Assembly: GCA_016869515.1 (NCBI GenBank)
Contig: VGDZ01000003.1
Coordinates: forward strand, 18,804-82,803
Direction of reading: 5' to 3'
DNA: 64,000 nucleotides
Source: Alphaproteobacteria bacterium
GTDB taxonomy: Bacteria > Pseudomonadota > Alphaproteobacteria > VGDZ01
This document shows, piece by piece, positions 59,143 to 64,000 of this stretch. A program made the translations under genes and the position numbers. A model generated the notes under the pieces. That model saw nothing but the letters and a program-made list of their open reading frames with translations. It had not been told where the DNA came from and did not search any database. The first letter of the stretch is position 1. The number at the start of each line of letters is the position of its first letter.

Positions 59143-60827
59143 ACCGCCATCCCTCGCTGTCGCCGATTCGCGTTCAAATCCTCTGGAACCGACTGATCTC
59201 CGTGGTCGAGGAGCAGGCGCAAACCTTGATTCGATGCGGATTCAGCACGTCGACCCGCGAAGCCGGAGACCTTTCGGCCGGCGTTTTCGACATCGACGGC
59301 CAGATGCTGGCGCAGGCCGTCACCGGGACTCCAGGGCACGTCAACTCCATGGCCGGCGCCGTAGGCCATTTCCTGCGCCGCTTCCCGCTCGCGACCATGC
59401 GGCCGGGGGATTCCTTCGTCACCAACGATCCCTGGGTCGGGACCGGCCATCTCAACGACTTCACCGTCGTCACTCCGATTTTTCGCGGCACCCAGCCGGT
59501 GGCGCTGGTGGCCTCGACCTGCCACGTCGTCGACATCGGCGGTCTCGGAACCAGTGCGGACGGCCGCCAGGTTTTCGAGGAAGGCCTGACGATTCCGGTG
59601 ATGCGGCTGGCCGAGGCACGCGGCGTCAACGAGGACTTGATCGAGATCGTGCGGGCCAATGTGCGCGAGCCGATCCAGGTGGTGGGCGACCTCTATTCCT
59701 TGGTCGCCTGCAACGAAGTCGCGGGTCGGCGTCTCAACGAGGTGATGGACGAATTCGAGCTGGCCGACATAGACGCATTGGCGCGCGAAATCCTGGAGCG
59801 ATCCAAAGCCGGCATGTCGGCAGAGATCGCGAAATTGCCGCGCGGGACCTATGCCTACAGCATGGAGGTCGACGGCATGGACGAGCCGATCCGGCTTGCC
59901 GCCAGCATGTCGATCGGCCCTGCCGGCATCGAAGTCGATTTCGAGGGAAGTTCCGGGCCGGCGGCACGCGGCGTCAACGTACCGCTGCAATATACGGCCG
60001 CCTATGCCTCCTACGGCGTCAAATGCGTGGTCGCGCCCACCATTCCCAACAACGCCGGATCGCTCTCCACCATGCGGTTCGCGGCGCCCGAAAACACCAT
60101 TCTCAACGCCAGGCGACCGGCGGCGGTCTGCGCGCGCCACGCTGTCGGACAGCTGTTGCCGGACCTGATGTTCGGCTGTCTGCGACAGGCCGTACCCGAG
60201 CGAGTTCCAGCCGAGGGTTGTTCGGCGCTTTGGAGCCTGTTCCTGTCCGGCGGCTTCGGCCGGGTGGATGCCGATGCCAAGGGTCTGGCAAACGCCACCC
60301 CCTTCAGCGTCCTCAGCTTTCATTCCGGCGGCGTCGGAGCGCGACCGGCCAAGGACGGACTTTCGGCGACCGCCTTCCCCAGCGGCGTTAGGTCGGTTCC
60401 GACCGAGATCACCGAGGCGATATCGCCGGTCCTGATCTGGCGCAAGGAGCTTCGCGCCGACTCGGCCGGCGCCGGCCGCTATCGCGGCGGATACGGCCAG
60501 ATCATGGAAGTCGCCAATCGCGAAGGCGCGGCTTTCACAATCGACGCCATGATGGACCGCATCGATCATCCGGCTCAAGGCGCCATGGGCGGGGGTCCCG
60601 GTACCGCTGGCCGGCTGCGGCTCGCCTCGGGCAAGTCACTGCGCGGCAAAGGCAAGCAAGTCGTGCCTGCGGGCGACCGGTTGATCGTCGAAATGCCCGG
60701 CGGCGGCGGGTACGGCGATCCTCGCGAGCGCGATCCGGCATCGATCGCCGCGGACATGGCCGATGGCCTGCTGTCTGGCGACGAAGCCGCCCGCGTCTAC
60801 GGGTACCCAAGCCGCTCGAAAACCTGA
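59139..60827 (+). CDS. hyuB: Hydantoinase B/oxoprolinase family protein (HyuB)
   Basis: GTG overlapping the hyuA stop (GTGA); 562 aa HyuB-like. Confidence 0.85.
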   Translation: MNRHPSLSPIRVQILWNRLISVVEEQAQTLIRCGFSTSTREAGDLSAGVFDIDGQMLAQAVTGTPGHVNSMAGAVGHFLRRFPLATMRPGDSFVTNDPWVGTGHLNDFTVVTPIFRGTQPVALVASTCHVVDIGGLGTSADGRQVFEEGLTIPVMRLAEARGVNEDLIEIVRANVREPIQVVGDLYSLVACNEVAGRRLNEVMDEFELADIDALAREILERSKAGMSAEIAKLPRGTYAYSMEVDGMDEPIRLAASMSIGPAGIEVDFEGSSGPAARGVNVPLQYTAAYASYGVKCVVAPTIPNNAGSLSTMRFAAPENTILNARRPAAVCARHAVGQLLPDLMFGCLRQAVPERVPAEGCSALWSLFLSGGFGRVDADAKGLANATPFSVLSFHSGGVGARPAKDGLSATAFPSGVRSVPTEITEAISPVLIWRKELRADSAGAGRYRGGYGQIMEVANREGAAFTIDAMMDRIDHPAQGAMGGGPGTAGRLRLASGKSLRGKGKQVVPAGDRLIVEMPGGGGYGDPRERDPASIAADMADGLLSGDEAARVYGYPSRSKT

Positions 60828-60880
60828 TGGCACAACCGACAGCACGACCAACCAGGGAAACGGAAAAGGAGGCTAGTGAC

Positions 60881-62035
60881 ATGACAACGCAAACGAGGAT
60901 GGGCGTCGTTGCCTTATTCCTGGGCGCGGCGATGTCAAGTTCGGGCATGGCGCAAGAGCCGATCAAGATCGGCCTGACGTCCAGCTTTACAGGCACGGCA
61001 GCGTTGTTCGGCCAGCACGATCGCTATGGGGTCGAAATGGCGTTGGCCGAACTAAACGACAAAGGCGGCGTGCTGGGGCGCCGATTTGTGCTCGAGGCGG
61101 AAGACAACAAATGCAGCCCGGCCGAAGGCGTCAAGGCCGCGACAAAGCTGCTATCCGAGCACAAGGTCACGGCGATCATCGGAGCGATGTGCAGCTCGGT
61201 CACGCTGGCCATCATGCCGCTGATCCAACGCGCCGAAACGCCGCTGGTCATCCCGGTCTCGACCAGCCCGGCGATCTCGCCGCTCTCGGGCAAGGGCGGA
61301 AACAATTGGGCCTTCCGGACTACGCCTTCCGACGACGGCATGGCCATGGCGATCGGGCGCTACCTCAAGGACAAGGGGGTCAAGCGCATGGCGGTCGTGG
61401 CCGAAGATACCGACTATGGGCGCGGCGGCGCGAGGGGCATGACCGAAGCGCTGAAGGCGGTCGGAATCAGCCTGGTCGCGACCGAGTTCATTCCCCAAAA
61501 TACGCCCGATTTCACGACGCTGCTGACCAAGATCGACGCCATGAACGTCGACCGGGTCGCGGTCTATCTGTTGTCGACCGATGTCCAAAACTTCTTTCGG
61601 CAATACGAGGCGCTCGGGGCCCGCACGCGCGTGACCGGCCGTGCCGAGATGTCGGTGGTGCGAGGGGCCGTCACACCGGAATTCCTCGCCAAGGGCGGCC
61701 TCGACGGCACCAGCGGCCTGAACCCCTATGCCTTCGGCCTGGACACGCCGGAAAACAAGGATTTCGTCGCTCGCTTCCGGGCGCGCTACAACACCGATCC
61801 GATCCAGATGAGTTTCTACTCGTACGAAGCCACCAAGGTTCTCGCGGAAGCCATCGCCCGGGCCGGCAAGGTCGACCGCCACGCCATTCGCGAGGCGCTG
61901 GCCAAGACCAAGTACAAATCGATCATGGGCGGCCAGATCGAATTCGACGACTTCAATCAGTCTCACAACAATACCATCATGATCGAACTCAAGGACGGCG
62001 GTAAAGTCGCCATCGTCGGGCTCTACAAGAGCTGA
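60881..62035 (+). CDS. livK: Branched-chain amino-acid ABC transporter substrate-binding protein (LivK/LivJ family)
   Basis: ATG 60881 preceded by an AAAAGGAGG ribosome-binding site; signal peptide; type-I periplasmic-binding-fold. Confidence 0.85.
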   Translation: MTTQTRMGVVALFLGAAMSSSGMAQEPIKIGLTSSFTGTAALFGQHDRYGVEMALAELNDKGGVLGRRFVLEAEDNKCSPAEGVKAATKLLSEHKVTAIIGAMCSSVTLAIMPLIQRAETPLVIPVSTSPAISPLSGKGGNNWAFRTTPSDDGMAMAIGRYLKDKGVKRMAVVAEDTDYGRGGARGMTEALKAVGISLVATEFIPQNTPDFTTLLTKIDAMNVDRVAVYLLSTDVQNFFRQYEALGARTRVTGRAEMSVVRGAVTPEFLAKGGLDGTSGLNPYAFGLDTPENKDFVARFRARYNTDPIQMSFYSYEATKVLAEAIARAGKVDRHAIREALAKTKYKSIMGGQIEFDDFNQSHNNTIMIELKDGGKVAIVGLYKS

Positions 62036-62053
62036 TCGGAAGCGAATCGAGTC

Positions 62054-62079
62054 GGCCCCCGCGTCGGAACGCGCGGGGG
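62054..62079 (+). terminator. GC-rich hairpin between livK-like and livH-like genes (attenuator/terminator-like)
   Basis: cccccgcg-tcggaa-cgcggggg read directly. Confidence 0.4.
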
Positions 62080-62108
62080 GCGGCTTGCCGAAAGCGGCGA
62101 GAATAGGC

Positions 62109-62984
62109 GTGGAACTCCAATACCTCCTGCAGTTGGCAGCGAACGGCATCGTCATCGGCAGCGTATATGCGCTGCTGGCGATCGGCTTGTCGCTGATCTT
62201 CGGTATTCTCGGCGTGGTCAACTTTGCCCATGGCGAGTTCTACATGCTCGGTGCGACCGCAACCTACGCTTTGGTCGCGTTGCTCGGCCTCGACTATTGG
62301 GTCTCGATCGTTCTGGTGATGTTGGTCGCGGCCGCGATCGGGATCGCGCTGCACGATCTCTTCCTCAAGCGCATCGGACGCCACGAGTTCGAGCGCAGCA
62401 TGCTGCTTACCCTCGGCCTTGCCATGATCCTGCAGAACGGTGCGCTCGCGATCTGGGGCGCCGATCCCAAGTTCGTCAGGGTGCCCGCCTTGAGCGGCCT
62501 GATTTCGCCCTTCGAAGTCCGCATCCCCCTCACCCGTGCCGCCGCCTTCGCGGCGGCGATCGCTGGGCTTTTCGGGCTGATCTACCTGCTTCACCGCACG
62601 CGTCTGGGCCAGGCCATGCGCGCGGTCGCTTCGAATCCGACCGCCGCATCCGTGGTCGGCATTCCCGCCAATCTCATCGCCCGGGCGACGGTCGCGGTCG
62701 GATTGGCGATGTGCGGACTGGCAGGGGCCGCGCTGGCGCCGATCTATACCGTCCACCCGCTGATGGGAACCCTGTTCGTCTTCAAGGCATTCGCCATCGT
62801 CATCATCGGCGGCATGGGCAGCCTGAGCGGCGCCGCGATCGTCGCCTTCGCTCTCGGCATCGTCGAAAGCACGGTCGGCGCCTATGTCTCGCTGTCGACC
62901 ACCGAGGGCATCGTCTTCGCGGTCATGATCGCCGTCCTGTTGTTCCGGCCGCTGGGCCTGTTCGGGCGAGGCCTGCGCGTATGA
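62109..62984 (+). CDS. livH: Branched-chain amino-acid ABC transporter permease (LivH family)
   Basis: TM protein; start GTG 62109 (VELQYLLQLAANG) preferred over the TTG at 62085. Confidence 0.8.
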   Translation: MELQYLLQLAANGIVIGSVYALLAIGLSLIFGILGVVNFAHGEFYMLGATATYALVALLGLDYWVSIVLVMLVAAAIGIALHDLFLKRIGRHEFERSMLLTLGLAMILQNGALAIWGADPKFVRVPALSGLISPFEVRIPLTRAAAFAAAIAGLFGLIYLLHRTRLGQAMRAVASNPTAASVVGIPANLIARATVAVGLAMCGLAGAALAPIYTVHPLMGTLFVFKAFAIVIIGGMGSLSGAAIVAFALGIVESTVGAYVSLSTTEGIVFAVMIAVLLFRPLGLFGRGLRV

Positions 62985-63979
62985 ATGAAACGGGAGCGCG
63001 ACCGCGCAGGCTCGAACTCGGGATCGGGGCAGCGGCCGCAGCCCTGCTCTACCTGCTGCCGACGGCCGGATTCTCGGACTACGTCATGGCGGTTGCGACC
63101 AGTGCCTGCGCCTACTGCATCCTCGCAGTGGGATTGAACCTGGTCTACGGCTACACTGGGCTCTTGTCGCTGGGCCAAGTGGCTTTCTGGGGTCTCGGCG
63201 CCTATGTCGCAGCGCTTGCCGCCGTCGACCTGAAATGGTCGATCTGGGCTGGGGTATTGGTCGGCGGCGTCATAGCCGGAATATCGGGCATCGCCGTCGC
63301 CTTCAGTTCGCTCCGTCTGTCGCGTCACGCCTTCGCCATAGTGACCTTGATTTTCGCGTTGTTGATGCAACTGATCGCGCGCGACTGGTCCGAAGTCACC
63401 CGCGGCCCGCTCGGCATTCCGGCCCTGCCGCAGCCGACTCTCGACCTGCCCGGCTTGGGCCGCTTCGTATTCGACACGCCAGCGCGATACTACGTCCTGA
63501 TGCTGACGCTGGCCCTGGCATCGATCGTCGTCGTCTATTCGATCGTGCACTCTCGCATCGGTCGCGCCTTGGTGGCGATCCGCGACAATGAGGCCTTGGC
63601 CGAATCCCAGGGCATGAACACGCTGCACTACAAGCTGCTGGCGGTCGGGGTATCCGCAGCCTTGGCGGGCTTGGCGGGTGGTCTGTACGTCTTTCACCTT
63701 TCGGTGGTCGATCCGTCGATCTTCGATTTCGCCTATACCGAGGCCACCGTCATCATGGTCATCGTCGGCGGCCCGGGCTGCTTTTGGGCCGTGATCGCAA
63801 GCAGCATCGGCTTTTCGATTTTGCCGGAAGCGCTGCGCGTGACCGACCGCGTGCGCTACGTGTTGTATGGGGCGATTCTCGTTGCGGCGATGCTGGTGAT
63901 GCCGAAGGGCATCGGCGGCCTGCTGCAACAGCGTCGCATCGCGGCCATGCGCCCGCGCCCGGGGCAAGGCGGAACATGA
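62981..63979 (+). CDS. livM: Branched-chain amino-acid ABC transporter permease (LivM family)
   Basis: ATG overlapping the livH stop (ATGA); 332-aa TM protein. Confidence 0.85.
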   Translation: MNETGARPRRLELGIGAAAAALLYLLPTAGFSDYVMAVATSACAYCILAVGLNLVYGYTGLLSLGQVAFWGLGAYVAALAAVDLKWSIWAGVLVGGVIAGISGIAVAFSSLRLSRHAFAIVTLIFALLMQLIARDWSEVTRGPLGIPALPQPTLDLPGLGRFVFDTPARYYVLMLTLALASIVVVYSIVHSRIGRALVAIRDNEALAESQGMNTLHYKLLAVGVSAALAGLAGGLYVFHLSVVDPSIFDFAYTEATVIMVIVGGPGCFWAVIASSIGFSILPEALRVTDRVRYVLYGAILVAAMLVMPKGIGGLLQQRRIAAMRPRPGQGGT

Positions 63980-64000
63980 GTGCGGCCGCGCCCTTCTTTC
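63976..64000 (+). CDS. Start of next gene (probably LivG-type ATPase), 3' truncated by window end
   Basis: ATG 63976 overlapping the livM stop (ATGA); only 8 codons visible. Confidence 0.3.

Overview
This is a high-GC (about 68%) bacterial window, alphaproteobacterium-like, packed with catabolic genes and with no rRNA/tRNA genes, CRISPR arrays or recognisable defence genes. I called about 63 coding sequences. They fall into several tightly coupled operons with 4-bp ATGA/GTGA start/stop overlaps and an unusual amount of paralog duplication. From start to end the window contains:
- **1-7776:** a PotABC-type ABC importer followed by four tandem AstE/AspA-family (M14-like zinc deacylase) paralogs and an amidohydrolase.
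- **7784-11662:** a class-IV aminotransferase and a polar amino-acid ABC transporter.
- **11855-12837:** a 120-bp remnant of a PEP-mutase-family gene and an RraA/HMG-aldolase-family gene.
- **12834-21930:** a second Pot-type ABC importer, then a co-linear operon of PEP-mutase/isocitrate-lyase-family enzyme, isochorismatase-family hydrolase, two CE4 polysaccharide-deacetylase-family paralogs and a LeuC/LeuD-like dehydratase.
- **21940-33852:** a Dpp/Opp-type ABC transporter whose two ATPase genes are separated by two more PEP-mutase-family paralogs, then LeuC plus two tandem LeuD copies and an M20 peptidase.
- **34000-42051:** a GntR regulator, an NCS2 purine-type permease, allophanate-hydrolase-like amidase, FdrA, a DUF1116 (YlbE-like) protein and carbamate kinase, resembling an oxalurate/oxamate carbamoyl-transfer module.
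- **42234-45714:** two divergently transcribed acyl-CoA carboxyltransferase paralogs with a 73-aa biotin-carrier protein and no biotin carboxylase.
- **45788-52642:** a second GntR regulator, two CoA-ligase systems (an ADP-forming type and a SucCD-like type), an SDR oxidoreductase and an alpha/beta hydrolase.
- **52846-64000:** a DctPQM TRAP transporter, a MITE-like inverted-repeat element, an IclR regulator, hydantoinase HyuAB and LivKHM.

From sequence alone the strongest candidates for an undescribed system are the four-AstE/AspA plus amidohydrolase plus ABC array, and the multi-paralog PEP-mutase plus LeuCD-like plus amidohydrolase island. Notable non-coding signals are a perfect 26-bp-stem hairpin, a thrice-repeated GAACC-N4-GGTTC operator-like motif around the first GntR gene, and GTATAC boxes in the allophanate hydrolase/fdrA divergent region. 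All functional calls rest on motif and family recognition by eye; no database search was possible.
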